Notes: generated from the sequence alone by a model not told the origin. Numbered from the stretch's first letter, positions 25,401 to 40,800 are shown. The stretch is DNA of 64,000 nucleotides from Dimorphilus gyrociliatus (GCA_904063045.1 CAJFCJ010000003.1:3148504-3212503); one strand, 5' to 3'. Made by a program: numbers and translations.

Positions 25401-28400
25401 AGTTTAAAACTGTAATAACCTTGTTTTTTGGTAAATTTACCTGTGTATGTGATTAGAAGTAGGTTAATTTATCTCTCTCTGTCACTATATAGCTATATGT
25501 CATCATTAAATTTACTGCATTAATTGTTATTTATCCATAGGTCAATTGCAAAAATTTAAATTTTTTCCCATGTCCATAGTTCTCTTAGTCTATATTATAA
25601 TATTGTAATAGAAACTCCCATCAAGGGTCAAATATGCAGTTTCTCCAGCTGGAAATTTAATATAAATATATATATATATACTTTATATATATATATTATA
25701 AATACAAATATACATTCTAATCTCTATATACTGTAGATGTTTGTCATGGTTTAAAACTAATTTCTACTTTAGAAGTGATATTTTTTAGTAGTTTAATATC
25801 GTATATATAATATATTTTCATTGACTTTATAGGTATTATTCTCTAGTGAAAAGAATTTGTTTATTAAATTTACATGCAAAAATATTTCACTAAAAAGAAA
25901 ACAGTTACAGAATGGTGACAACTTAAAATTTTCACAGTCTCAAACGTTTTTAACAATTTATAGCTTTAAAAACCTTAAAGTGGACAAATATTCTCAGCTG
26001 TTACTTCTAATTTGTAGATATAATGTCAAAGATTATCATTTCTGGAGGAAACGTTCAAAATTTACTATCCTATTATCCCTATCCTAGACTATTTAGTCAT
26101 ATCTTTATCAGGTTTGCTTAATTTTCTTGAACATCGTATGAATATATGTAACTTTTTAACATTTGAAATGCTCTTAACACTTTGCTATCCTACATACCAC
26201 TTACTCATTTCAACTATTTATCTCCTAATAACGAAAACAGATAAGGCAATAATATAAATATATTTGTTTAAGATTCTTTCATGTGCAATCACATCTCATG
26301 AATTATTAGTCTTTAACATTATATATTGCTATTAGAAATCCTTATATAATATGGTGAATAAGTTTATTAATAAGATTTATACATTCTTCTTTAAAATACT
26401 TTTCGAATACGTCCCAAGAATATTTGACTGACAGCGTTGCTCACGTAATTATAAATTATAATTTCCAACATCCGACCTTTTATTTTATCTTTCTCTTATT
26501 TCCCTTTTCTAATTTTTTTCTATCTCTGCTCTCTTTCCCCCTCACTGCTTTGCTTTCTTCCTTCTGTGCTATACTTCTATTCAAATGTTAATCTAAGCTA
26601 ACTACAAATCTTCCTCTTGATCTATAAATAAAATGACAATGGATTTTATAAAATAGGAAAAAGCGAAAAATTATTCTATCATTATCTATTAAAAAGATAT
26701 AAGATATATGGCATGCTTTAAATTGCACATGTATTATAAAATAGATATACTATTCGTTTAAATCACATAATAAATTAAACAATTTAGCTATCAGTATTTA
26801 TTAAGTGATATTTTGCAGAGTTTCAATGAGGAAGTGAGAACAAAATTTATTACTATTGTTATATTTTAATAGTCGTTTTGTTGATTCATTTCAACCTAAC
26901 CTAACTATTTATTCAATGAAAAGAGGCTTACGTTGTATTTGTAACTACTTCAGTTGGGTTTTTAATATTAATAAGCTTTTTTTTGGATTTTGTAAAACTT
27001 TTTGAAAACTTAAAAAAGAAATATTCTTACAACAATCGTATTGTTTTTTTTACTTTGGAATTTTATATTTATATTAACTTCCTTTTGTACGATTTCCCCA
27101 GCAACTATAAATTGATAAAACAAAGTCAAACGCTCTTCTCTTCTATCGGGATAAAGGAGATAATATATACTTACAGGTGTACCTCAACCAAAGTTCACAT
27201 TCTATAGGTTTTCATTAGTAAATAGAGTAGAAGCTAAGTGACTTAATCATTAATTAATGGTGGTAATGTTCAGGAAAAACGTAATCTATTATCAACAAGT
27301 GAGAGAGAGATAGATAGATAGATAGATCTCGAAAGAGAGTTGAAAGTAAAATATAAAATACTGTATTTAGAAATGATGAGGTGTATAGCAACAATAACGA
27401 AAAACACGAAAGCTACGTAAGATGAGCATTTATATTATATTATTTAACTAAACTGAATATTTTATTATCATTCCAAATTAAAAGTATTCTACTTCTCTAC
27501 AGTTAATTTATGTCTTAATGTAAAAAAAACGCGTTTTAAAAGTTAAAAATAAACTTTACCTTTAATAATTTTTATCTTTTTATATACAATTACTATTATT
27601 ATAATTAGTATTATTACTATATATTTATATATTTATATATATATATATATATAGCATGCAAAGAACATGCAAGAAATATTAAGGGAGCAACTACACATAA
27701 GTTTCGTTCCATCATGGAATTAAAAAACGGGAAAAATTAACGATAAGTGTTGTTTTTGAAACAAGATTATTAAGAAATATATAAGAGTATATTAATAGAT
27801 ATTCCATCAAAACTGAAAATCCCTTATTCAAAAAGGATTGGAAAAAACATAACAAAACAATCATACTTCATTACAGTTTCATACAGAAAGGATTTTATGG
27901 TGACAAGATGGAAAGAAAAAAGGTGCCATATATTTTTTAGCTTTATAAATATCATTCTAATTTCTTATATTATCGTCAGTCAAAAATATATTTTTAGTTG
28001 AAGATTTAACAAAATCGTTTACACTTATAATTAAATTTCGATGATTTCGATGTATAAAAATAGAATGAAAAAGTATTTTCATGATGTTAACTTCATTAAT
28101 TATCCTAAAAAAATAAATTAGAGGAGAAACAAAGCCTTGACGATAAACTATATATATTAAAGAAGCAATTATTAAAGGGTAGAGTTAGATATTGACGCTA
28201 AAACCAGTCAACGCTATTTAAACGTCCTGACTAATGTATACTTAAAAAAATCGCTGACAAGCATTGTCTCTTTCCTCCCCCTCTGACTCTTTCTCCTTAT
28301 AGTTCTTTCCCCTTCCTATACCATCACGCAAATATATATATATTTATACATATATATTAATAGATCTAAACAGATGTATTTATTCATTGTAGGTCTGGTA

Positions 28401-31400
28401 ATAAAATTCTTTCATTCTTCGACTCCTTGCTCTCATTTACTTTCTTAAGATTTTCAGTCTTTTATTTGATTTTCTCTTACCCTTTTTATACGGTTTACTT
28501 TAAACTTTTTTCTTCTACTTTATTCCTCCTACGCTTAGGATTTATTGAAATCAAGACAAGTTCTCATTAACTCTTTGATAAATTAATAATATTTAATTCA
28601 TCTCAAATATTTTTCTTGTCTTTCCTTTCTTCATTAATCCTTATTATATTCATTAATTTCTGTCATAGATATATTTTTCTATATCCTTTCTTTGGTAATA
28701 ATTTTTTATTTTCCATTCTCTGTCTAATATTAAATAGTAATACTAGTAAGATAAACCCAGTGATTAATTAATTGATTATTTAATTAATTAATATAAAAGA
28801 CATGAAAATATTTTCTCCATTGAATGGACCAAATATTTTTTTGAATACTTTATTATATTATCAATCATTTTACGAACGATCAATTTATACATCTAATGAT
28901 TTGTCCATTGCGAAGAAATTTAGAATTTAAATCTCTTTCTTTTTTCACTCTAATATTGATTAATTGCCAACATTTTAATAATATTATTATTACCGTTATT
29001 AGTAATAATCATGATAAAAGCTATAAAATAAATTTAAAATTTTTCTAAATCATTCTTCCTGTTGTTATTTATTGGCAAATCAAAGGAAAATTTATATCTC
29101 AAGTAAGGAATGATTTTCTTTTATTTTGTCAATTTAGTAATTAATTTATCTTTTTTGATTAAAGAGAGAAGAAAAAAATCAGCTACCCGTCGTTTCTTCT
29201 ATATGAAAAAGATATTGCTATGCAAAGCAGTTAACTAAATTGATATTCTACCATATGTTTCCTCACGCGTCACATATTTGCGACACGAAAAGGCTCCTTA
29301 TTTCTACGCTACCATATAGCAATAACCAAGTGCATCGTTAACTTCAAAGCTTTGCGAATCTTCAGGCAATACAAAGTTGATATCTGTTTGTGCCTGTAGA
29401 AAGAAGAATTATTTGCTCCTTTCACCATTTCAGCCAAACATTATGTTTATAAACACTGAATGGACGCTACTTAAAGCATTGAGTTGATTTATAGAAGTAT
29501 GAAAAATAACAATATACTGTGGTAAAATGTTATTAGCATACAGACAAGTTCATTTACTTAATAAGAACTTAGCCTTCTCAGTTAGCCCTGCTGATATATA
29601 ATCACATTAGGCTTCTCAGTTTAGAAAATATATTTAATATTAAAGAGAAAAGTACTAAAAGAAATGTTAACTTTAGTAAATGTTGTTTTCAAATATATTT
29701 TAAGAAAGCAGAGATCACTTTCTATAGATGGAAGAGGATATGAGGAAGAGGAGAGTTTATTTTATATATCTACTAATATATACACTGTATATACATTTCT
29801 CTTCACCCCATCAATTTTCCACCTAATTATCGTTATAAACTAAAATTTATGTTGAAAGTATATCTTTATATTTTTTTCACGAATTTACTTGAAATATATA
29901 TGCAAATTTCAACCATAAAATTGTCATTTATTTATCGATTCTCTAAGATATTGATTAGTAGTGAAAAATTCTACCGAATAAATTACATGACATTGCACCG
30001 GAAATACAATTCCACCGTGAATTTATTTTAATGAATAAACTGCTCTTCTCTTCTTTACAATAATTTATAAATAATATTCTTAAAAATATATTTCAATTAA
30101 TTCTTCAATCATTTTCATCATAAAATTTATAGATTATTTCTAATCGATCATTGCTCCCTCATGAAAGTAAATTAGCTCTAAATTTTTAGCAACAGGTCTT
30201 AAAGACTCACTCACTCTGTCTGTCTTTCTCTATCTCTCTGTTCCTCTTTCTCACTCTGTCTCTCGTTTCTTTTTAGTTGACAGATCTCTACTCATTTTTT
30301 TTCTTTCAATCATATAATATACATCGTAAAAGTATGCCGCATGGTAAGACTCTATTACCTCCAAACGTAGTTTGATACAATCATAATTACAAGACCTGTA
30401 AAGAAGAAAATAAAGCTTTTTGCAACCGACAGGGAAAATGAGTAAATGAGTTAATCAATACCTGAATATTATAAATAATGTAGTGGGATCGTTTCAAACA
30501 AAGAGACGTTGATTGGTGACTTTTTAAAAATATAATCTACAGCCTTGGTTTATGTAGGCTTTAATTTTAGTTAGAAAAAAGAAATCTCTTCATTTTTGCC
30601 AAAATGATTTTGAGAAAAGAAGTGAAAAAAAAATCATCAGTTGTAGCATGACTTTTTATATTAAACTTCTTAAAAAGAAATATAGAAAATACACAATATG
30701 ATAAAATAATGTAATAAATAAATGAATTGCATTTTTAAAATAGTCATTATCAACAATATGCTTAGATAAACAGTTTAAAAATCAATTATTATATATATAT
30801 ATATATATATAGTATATAAAAATTATTCCTATAATTGCAAAGGTAACAATTACTTTGTCTTTTAACGATTAGAAAATAGTAGATTTTAACTACTTTCATT
30901 TCTCTATTTCTCTCTTTCCTATTACTTTTATACGCTTTTCTCTTTACAGAATCAGTGAACAAAAAAAATCTCCCTTCATCTAAAATGTTATTGTTTAATG
31001 CGTAGAAATGATAAATTACACCTTTAATTGTTATATATTTATTATCGATTTAGTAGGTTGTTTTTTTATAAGCATTACGTAATGTTTACCTCTTGATTTA
31101 AAATAATAAATGAAAAATTATCTTATTATACATATTTATTATCTTCCATTTTACTAGATTACTGGATAATATAATAGTGTTTAGAAATTGAATGAGTATA
31201 TTAACTAATAGTACAATTAGGAGAATAATTTCATTGAAAATGACTAGTAATTCTGTTTGTTCTACTCTTATATAGCTTAAAAATTAATTACGCCTCATGT
31301 TTTTGCTTCTAAATATATCTAACTGTATATATATATATATAAAATTTATATATCTATGTTACTACGAAGTTAGAATTTTAATGAAGTTAACTTTATCACA

Positions 31401-34400
31401 CCAGCTTCTTGTCTTTTAACAACCGAGTTAAAGATTTTATTTAAGGTTTTATCTACATATATACTGCATTAGCATTTACTTTATATAACACATAGTCAAT
31501 CATACAGTTAGAACATTATACATTCACAAATATGCATTTGTTAGATGACTATTTGTTAGAACACGTTATAGAGAAATGGTAATCAGTGGAACAAACTACG
31601 TTATTTTTCCTACTTTTGCCTTTTAAAGGCTCGTTTAACACAAACATTTTAATATCCTTGCCCCCTACGTAATAATCTTCCAGCCTGCCTCTCCTAAACT
31701 TCATTCTACCTCAGTAACATTGTCTATAGTTATGCAATTATTCTCTATTTATCCAATTGACTCCCTTGAATATAAATTTTTTTTATGGTTCCTACCATCA
31801 GTTCCTGACTAGTAACTAAATTTGTTTATTGACAATATTTTGGCACTTAAAAATTCTTTGTCCATAGATAGAATTCGGACAATAGCATTATAGTTTACTC
31901 TTTTTTCAGGGATCTTTTTAATGGAGTAACTTATTATCCTGCTATGTTTACATCTTAAGCCTGCAATAGCGTTTTCTATAGCTGAGCTCTCATCGAACAG
32001 ACTTTTAATTCGAATAATTTTACGTGCAGTGGATCATTAATACTATCAGTAATTATATCTACTGTACAATGTATTGTTGGATATTATGCACTTATTCGTG
32101 TTCGAGTAGATGATCAAAAATTTAGCCGGTATTATCAGCCATTATTTTGTATGGTACAAATCATTAGCCCTTAATATTTTGTTTTGAAGTTTACGTATAT
32201 ACGATTTATAGTCCATTTGCCTAGAAATGATGGCGAAACAAATATGTACCATACAAATATTATAAAGTGTATTTAAAACAATTTTGGAAAATTATCCTTT
32301 GATTATCGTAATCACATATAATCCCTTTATAAACCTCATCAGTAAAAAACTTAATTAAAATCAAGTTAACTTAGTTAGTTGTTAAAGAAATATAGTTTAG
32401 CATAGTGGTTCCTTAAACTAGTCTAAACACGTATAAGCGTATTTAAAATATAATTATCTAGTCTTTGAAAATTATATAAAAGAGTTAAGAGAGTTGAAAG
32501 AGAAAAAGATAGTGTGTATATATATATGTATATCTATATATTAGTATATGAATATGTAACAGAGAGAAACAGAGAGGATAAACTATCAGAACAGATAAAA
32601 CAAATTGAAAAAACAACATATCTCCTTTTCTATCACATAGTTATATTGATTTGGTTTGTTTACAGCTGGAAATTCGGTATATATTTCTCCATTATGAAAT
32701 GGAAAAATACAATTTTCCATTAGAACAAGCAGTTGAGTTTTGGCAAGTTATTCGAGTTTAAAGATAGCATTCACAGTAGTTTTTGCTTAACTACTCTCAT
32801 TGTTAAAGAAGTCTATAGTTATAGAATATAAGAGAAAAAATTGAAATATATTTATCTAAGTATCTTTCATATATCAATTATTAGTTTTTGTATAACAATA
32901 ATACAAAAACAGTGATATAATTCTATTCGTTCTCTTTCTTATAGAATAAAATTTTCATATATAACAATAGCTAACATATCGTTTATAAATTTGTTTCTTA
33001 ATCTAAATACGGTAAATACTGTATAAAAAAGGCTAATAGTGTTTACTCTTCATTAACTATTATCAAACAAAAGCAAAAGCAAATAAATATAAATGAGAAA
33101 AGACATGTGAGTGAAAGTTAGAAATTGGAATTGGACTGTTGAAGAATAGACGAGCGTAATACATAAGCACAATTAGATTTTTACTTTGAAAATGGTCAAA
33201 AAGAAGGAAAGACTATAGAAAATCTTTCCTTTATAAAACCTCAAAGATTTTTAGAGTCTATTAATAATTTTAGATAAAATGAATAGCTTGAGGAGAAAGG
33301 GATCAGCAGTGAATCATGGAAAGGAATTCTCTCAAATTCACGAAAAGATAAATCTGTATCTAATATTTTTTAGTAACAGATTTCCGTTAAATATTTAAAT
33401 AAAATAAAGCCGATTAAGGATTCTTTCCAAGAAAATAAAATGAAAATAATTGACACGAATCCTAGTTCGAAGAACTTAAGGGAGGAATAGAGCATTTAAA
33501 ATCAGATAGAGACCTGTGTTTTGTGTCACGCAAAATATTTTATATAAAGATGGAAAAGTACAGCATGATGTTTACTCTTTCCCTATATAGCTCGGTATTT
33601 TTGATATTGCAATCAACAAACCCTTCAAATTATTATCTTCTCAAATATCTACATGAATTAAATAAATTATAATCTAGTTTTCTTTATTATTCAAACTTAT
33701 CGTATATATTTTTTAAACCATTATGTTTATATTAAGTGCATATAGCTGACGTATTTATTATTTAAGAAATATGTACAAATACAATATATAGATCCATGTA
33801 TACACAATATTGACGAATTTATTCATTTGATAGAAAATAAATCATCAAAATTCGTAATAATATTGAACTATGTACTATTTGTTAATAGTATAAAATAAGT
33901 ATTTTGTATCGTTAATAACAACTGAATTCTATCTTCTTGTTTAATCAATCAATTCATTTTTTTCTATATTTTCCCTTTCAAACTAGAAAAATATTTTTTA
34001 TTGACCAAAACTTTTATTCTTGTTTTATCGATATGTTGAGAATTTCTCTCTATAATTGCAGTTATCATATTCTTACAATCAACGTAAACGGAATATACAG
34101 TTGCAATGTCACAAGCTTAGAGGCCTATTTTACATCTATAAATAAATAAAATTTAAGAATATAAAAGCTAAATGAAAATGTTAAAGAAAATTATTGTAAA
34201 AAGAATTAAAATTAAGTGAAGATATTACCAAATGAAATGCTAGTGGCAGATGAATAAAAGTTCAATATATAGATAGTATATTTATATTTATATGCTTACT
34301 AAAGGAAAATAAGGTAAAAACAAGGAAAGAAATCTTTAATAACTATATTGTTAATATAGTATTTTATTGTATTTTATATATTTTTCTGACAGAAATACCA

Positions 34401-37400
34401 TTTATGTTAATGCTTTTAAATACATTTCCCATATTTATCTCTAAAGTAAGAATTCAAGAATACTACAGTATATTAGCTTATAAGGAACACTCTAATATAT
34501 ATATATATATATGTATATAAATATAATCTAATGTATTCTACTTAAAACATAAGAATATAAACAAATAAAGAATAAACGCATAAAAATATATTCTCTTAGG
34601 TGACAGAATTCGCTTTCTAGACACCTAATAAAACTTTCATGACAAACTATAACCTTTTAATAAAAAAGTCATTATTTTGTTTTTTTTTTTCATAATTCTT
34701 ATATAAATTACAATAGTTAAAAGTGGAAAAGTTTTTAAAAATTCACATTTCCTTTCTCTTATACATATGAAATAGTTATCGACAAAAGACAATAAACAGC
34801 TATTTATTGGTTTTACATTAGGAGCTGAAAATGATTGAGAAATCTGTATAGTGAAGGATATATATCATTCATTTTCAGATTTCTTTAAAAATTTAACGAC
34901 TTCTTTATAAAATCTGCATCAACAAAAACTAACTAGACAAAGGTAAATTGTCACACCTACTCTAAATAGCGCCATCTGTTGATATATCAATAACCTCAAA
35001 TGGAAAATAAAAAGTCTATTTGCTGTGATGGTGAGCGAGTGATTGTCCTATAGATCACGTATACCACATTTATTATGGCACTCTCCAGCAGTTTATCATT
35101 AGAAATATGATCAGTAAAGAATCGTCGTAACAAATAATTCCATCCGTAAAATTAAGAAGAAAGCAATAGATTGTATATCTGAAACGGAAGTACTTCATAA
35201 GTGCCATAATAACTTTGTATTATATACCCAGAAAAAATCATAAATTAATATATAAACGTGTTGATATTAAAAGTTAATAATGCTAAAATCTATATGTTAT
35301 TAATAGCAATAAAGAGGTACTGTTGAATTTCAACACTTGAAGAAAAGATGAATATTTATATATATACAGTATATATATTAATATATATATATATATATAA
35401 ATTGGTATATATTCTCATATACTATATGCGTATGCAATAAACGCGTACTCTTTTTTAATGGACGTATATGCGTTTTTTTTTTACATATTGCTACGCCCTC
35501 TATTGTTTATTCAACCGCCCTAAATCTTGCTATAAGAAGCCTTATGAAATATACAATAAATAATGCAATATATCATACAATGATTATTCAGTTTTTCTTC
35601 TTCTTCTTTTATTGAAATATCAGAGCTAATCAAAGTTTTCGTCAATAAGTAGGGAAAAAAACTAATAGAAGGGTATACTGAGTATAAAAAATTAGTAAAC
35701 GCAGAAAGGTAATATCATCAAAGAAACACCTGAAGAAATCTTGATGGATTTTCTACTGAAATCACGATATAAAATTTCATCTCAGATTATAAACGTGAAA
35801 CGTTAATGATACCTCAGACGAATACAAGAAGAACTCGTGTTATATCTTTATTTTTACTAGACGATAGATGGAGCTACTATTCGATTTAAATGTGAAAAAG
35901 TGACTCGCATCGGAATTAGGGGGATAAATAGGACAAAGTGTTGTTCGATGGTGGTGCGCTGAAGGATTAACGTCTTAACGAAGTTGACGGCGCGTGTTTT
36001 ATTCCTTAAACGTTCCAACGAATCGGTTCTTGCTATGAATAGTCTTATATTGCAGATATAACACATATAGCACCAACTCTTGAAAAACTCTTTTGTCACG
36101 CTTCCCTTTATTTAATTTATTAATTATTTTAGTACATTTACTAAAAAACGACAAGGAATTTACTGTCTAGCTATAATGAAATAATAAGAAAAATTAATTA
36201 GACTCTTACTAATAATCATTTAATAGCGCCATCTATAATATAAACGTAACTATAAATAAATGGAAACCGTCTAATTGCCTAATACAATTATAAAAATATA
36301 TTTGCTTGTCTCAAGTTTACATAAAACACTTCACTAGTCTAAGTTTTCTTTAGCCCGCCCCTTTCCACATAATAATTGATACGTCATTCGAGTAAAAAAA
36401 CAAACAAGAGAGCAACTGCAACATCGGCAGACAAGCGGAAATAGATAAGACGTCGTCTGGCTAACATCACAGACAGATTAAAGCGGACAGTTTGATGAGA
36501 ATGCAGTTACTAATGAGCTTTGGCCGTCCGCCGCCTTCTCGGGGATTTTAGTGTTGTGGCACAACTGTCAAGCTAGTTATTAAGCGGCACCGACTCGTGA
36601 GAATTTTCTCGTCTCATCGCTTTTCTCTATTATCTTCCGCCATAACGTTTTCCATGCGAATCCCTATTTTCGTTCTATTTCTGTATGCAAAAGCTGCTAT
36701 GGTAAAATAAAATAAGCATTCTTACGGTTTGTCAGCTTTCGGCCATTTTTGTTTATTTTTTTCGGCAAGCCGACGGGCGTGTCAGGTTTTTGGCCAGTCT
36801 AGTTTATAGTCGGTAATGACGCGTGTTATACAGATAAAGTCTTGATTAAGTACGGAGCCAGACTCTGCGTGAAGTTGCCGCCACGATTACTGAAAAACCC
36901 TATCATTTTCTCAACTCGCGCTTTTCATGAAACATCTAATTTACTCAAATTTGAACCCGCACGACAGATGTAATATATATTAAAAGTTGCGTTAATATAT
37001 CCGTTTTATATTTGAATTTATCCATAATACACAAGCAACCAAACTATTTATCATAATTAAGAGAGAAAAGAGTACCAATGTTTTCTTTCATTGTTATCTT
37101 TACATTCGCGTGACATATATTAGAAAAAAAGTCTCTGGCAGAACATGCTGTGAGCCGTGTTTAAAAAACTCCGGTCTACTTTATTCAAAAGTTAAAAAAC
37201 GTATTTAAATGCCAAAATACACCTTCCCTTCAATTTAAACCCGCAGGACAGATGCAACATTACATTACAACTCACCAGGTAAATGAACTATAGTAATTAT
37301 ATGGTCAAAATTTAAATATTCTAACTAGCTTCTTAAAAGGTTAATTGAGTTTTATTCTTCTTTAGAAATATCTCTGATTTCATACCAATTAGCTGTGCTT

Positions 37401-37744
37401 TTTTTTTAAAATGTGGTAAAAGTGATCTATATGATATACTTTTTAATATTGTGTATATATATATATATAGTGTACTGATACATGAAGTATATAGTTTGTA
37501 TAATATACCAATATGAGTACTCTTTTTGTTTATTTATATACATTTAGCTTGGTTTTTTTAATTGTACAAACAGCCCTGCTCTTTCTCGAGTGCTAATATA
37601 CTTGAATTTGTTTACGTATTGTTATACATTTATATACAGATACTCATTTGCATAAACAGCAATAAGATTTTGTAATACAAATATAGGAAAGCTGTTTCCC
37701 AGTCGTCAACTCGTTAAGTCGCTAATGTATGCGCCAAAGCTTCG

Positions 37745-37769
37745 TGACGTCATTCATCCGTCAACCAAT
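37745..37769 (+). promoter_or_regulatory. Putative tbx20-A proximal promoter: CRE palindrome plus CGTCA-ACCAAT
   Basis: TGACGTCA at 37745-37752 and CCAAT at 37765-37769, 59 bp upstream of the ATG at 37828. Confidence 0.5.
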
Positions 37770-37827
37770 CACCGCCTAGCGATCCAACTGCCGGTCAATT
37801 GCTCTCGAGTCTCCGTAGCTAAACGAT

Positions 37828-40800
37828 ATGACGGCAGATATTGTACCATCGAATTCTTCTCAAACTTCTTCTCCCAAGTTGTCGACTAAGGCAAGCGCCT
37901 TTAGCATAGCAGCCATTATGGGAGAAGATAAGAACAAAGTTGAAGAAGATGAAGAAGAGTTAGTCGGTAAGTACTTGACAAATTGTTCCATTGTTTTACG
38001 CTAGTTCTATATGTACATGTAAAGCTTATATGGCGTAACTAAGTTGACGCGAAAATGGCACTTAGTAGTCATCGACCCAGAACGACAAACGCGCAAAGTT
38101 TTTCCTTACTGTATATTATGCAAATGAACTTTTACAGTTTAGAATAAACATTTATAGTTAAATTTATTAGAAGAGATGAATAGGCAACATATTTGATGGT
38201 TTCCATAGTCGAAAGATGAAGGTAGAGACGATAAACATGCATAGCGTATTAGTAATGTAAAAACAGCCTCCCCTCTTAAGTAATGACATAAAAAAGAAAC
38301 AAATACATTTTCTTTAAATATAACAAGAATGTTTTAAGCAATGAACTAAGCGAATTCTACAGAGTAAAAATATATATATGTATATAGAAAAATATCTAGT
38401 TTATATAAAGAAATAACAGTGTGAAAATAAATCTGATAATTTATACATTTAAAGTAAAAGATGTGGTGTAAAAGAACATGAAAAGCCATGTCAGAATAAA
38501 CAATATAATCAGCTCGTATAAACTATTCCTCTATATCAAAGAGTTGTATTTGTTTCGCGCCGTGTTCGGTTGCTGTTTAATACGTGCTTGCGCATTCGAG
38601 ACTAATCATTTGGCTAACTAGATTTTCGTATAGTTATGTTTTTACACATACACCCTTTCTTTAGTTTTTAAAAGAGTATTTATGAAAATAATGTATACAT
38701 TGTTGAATGTATAATATAATAATAAATACATTTAATGCATACTATTTATATTGTATACAATCCATACATAATATATTCAAGTTGTTATTTATATGAAAAT
38801 CTATATATTTTACAATTAATCTAAATTTTTATTATTCAGTAAACATACACGCATTCTTTAAGAGTATAAGTATACACGATAGACTGTATATTTCATAATA
38901 GATTTTGATATACAAATATTTTTCTATGACGAAAAATAGTTTTTAGTATACTCTTGACATCCGTGAAATATGTATGAAAGCTCCATATTTGGTAAATTGA
39001 CATTTTGATCTTTCAATCATGCATGCATAGGTATAAAAAGAAGACTGCTCATTTTGTATTTGAACGTCACATTTGCCACATTTCTTATAATCGGCTGTAG
39101 TCAGTTTTTTCTGTGTTTTTTTTGTATATAAAATATTTTAAAAATAACATACTAAAGCTCTATTAAACGGGACGGGAAGGGAGATTTGAGAACCAACAAT
39201 TGGTATTCGTACAAGAACTATATAATTATCTTCTTAATACGCACCTGTAAGAGAGAAATATAGCTAAATATATAACCCCATAAGTCAAGTGGCATTTACT
39301 ACTTTTTTTGCAGGCACATTCTCAATTGATCATGTAAAGATGACTACTGAAAGCTTTGTAGAGATGTCACATAAATATTTATTTTTAAAGAGGGACATTG
39401 TTTGAATGCATTCACTTCTTAATAGTTTATCAAATTTTTAACAATAAATATCTTAACAATTATTCAGAACAAACTGTTGAAGAGTGTGAAGAAGAGGAAC
39501 AACAACAAAGCTCTCCGTCACCCTCCAGAACTTTGGAAGAGGGGCCTCTACAAGGAATAGAATGTCGGCTTGAAACAAAAGAATTGTGGGATAAATTCCA
39601 TGAGCTGGGTACAGAAATGATAATAACAAAAACGGGCAGGTTAGTTCTCCACTAATAAGGGCCGACTCAAATTAGCGGTTCGTTAAATGTTCTAAGGAGA
39701 TTAAGAGCAATTTTCTCGACAGGCGAATGTTCCCCACGTTACGCGCTTCGTTCAGCGGTGAAAATCTGCAAATGGATTGTAGATATTCTGTTCTACTCGA
39801 TATTGTCGCGGTGGATGCGAAGCGTTATAGATACGCCTACCATAGGTCATGTTGGTTAGTTGCTGGTAAAGCCGATCCAGCTTTGCCTACCCGTCTTTAT
39901 TCGCATCCTGATTCAACACTAACTGGTGAACAACTTATGAAACAAACTGTTTCATTTGAAAAGGTCAAATTAACCAATAACATGTTGGATAAAAATGGAC
40001 ATGTAAGTTAACTAAACCTTCTTTCCAGATAGCTTAAAAATTAATATTTTCTATATTAATCTTTTATAAATTTGATTAATCGTAACCGTACCACCCATCT
40101 TATCAGAGATTTTTTAATCTTTATAATCCTTGTCATTCCAGATCATTCTCAATTCGATGCACAAATATCAACCGCGAGTGCACGTCGTTAAGCGTAAACC
40201 TAACTGCTGCGCTCCGTTACAATCGCTGGAAGGTGAAGAGTATAGGACATTTGTCTTTCCTGAAACAACTTTTATCGCAGTTACAGCATACCAAAATCAA
40301 TTGGTTAGTCTATATATCTCAACTAATTTCTCAAACACTATGCTTTTCTCTTTAATTAAAAATACGTCTAAGCTAATACGGAATATTTTTATGTTTTTAT
40401 AGATAACCAAGTTGAAAATAGATAGCAATCCGTTTGCAAAAGGTTTCAGAGATTCGTCCAGATTGACGGAATTAGACAGGTTTGTTTATCCCAGTCAACC
40501 ATAATATTATACATCATAAAAAGCGTAGTCCGTCTTGTTGATTTGCCAACGCCATAAACACAGCTGCATCGACTGCAAACCACACTTAACCTACTTTATT
40601 CCCCACACGCCGTAGAAATGTATATAAACTGACCTTTAACATTTAAGTTTTATTTTGGTTGGGTACATGGAATTAATTCTATGATCTGTAGCAATTCAAA
40701 TTCAACGAACTAACAAAGACTACTTCTTATCTTGTCAAATCGGCGCCGATTTTCTATTGCTCTTGACCGATTCGACGCTCGACTCCTTTGAGAATTTTTC

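Noticed and set aside
22981-34958. Perfect T-box half-sites TCACACCT at 22981 and 34951
   Set aside because: Two copies in 64 kb is close to chance expectation, so not evidence that the GPCR is a Tbx20 target.
442-35000. Many 60-100 aa ORFs in the track (e.g. 442-630, 3048-3245, 7197-7388, 14293-14749, 16479-16694, 20553-20756, 23440-23694, 25857-27207, 29849-30031, 32514-34149)
   Set aside because: F/I/L/K/Y-rich translations typical of random AT-rich DNA, often with TTG/GTG starts, no motifs and no splice partners.
39314-39333. Acceptor and donor around GTFSIDH (eh1-like) in tbx20-A intron 1
   Set aside because: 20 nt long and phase-incompatible with exon 2; read-through hits a stop.
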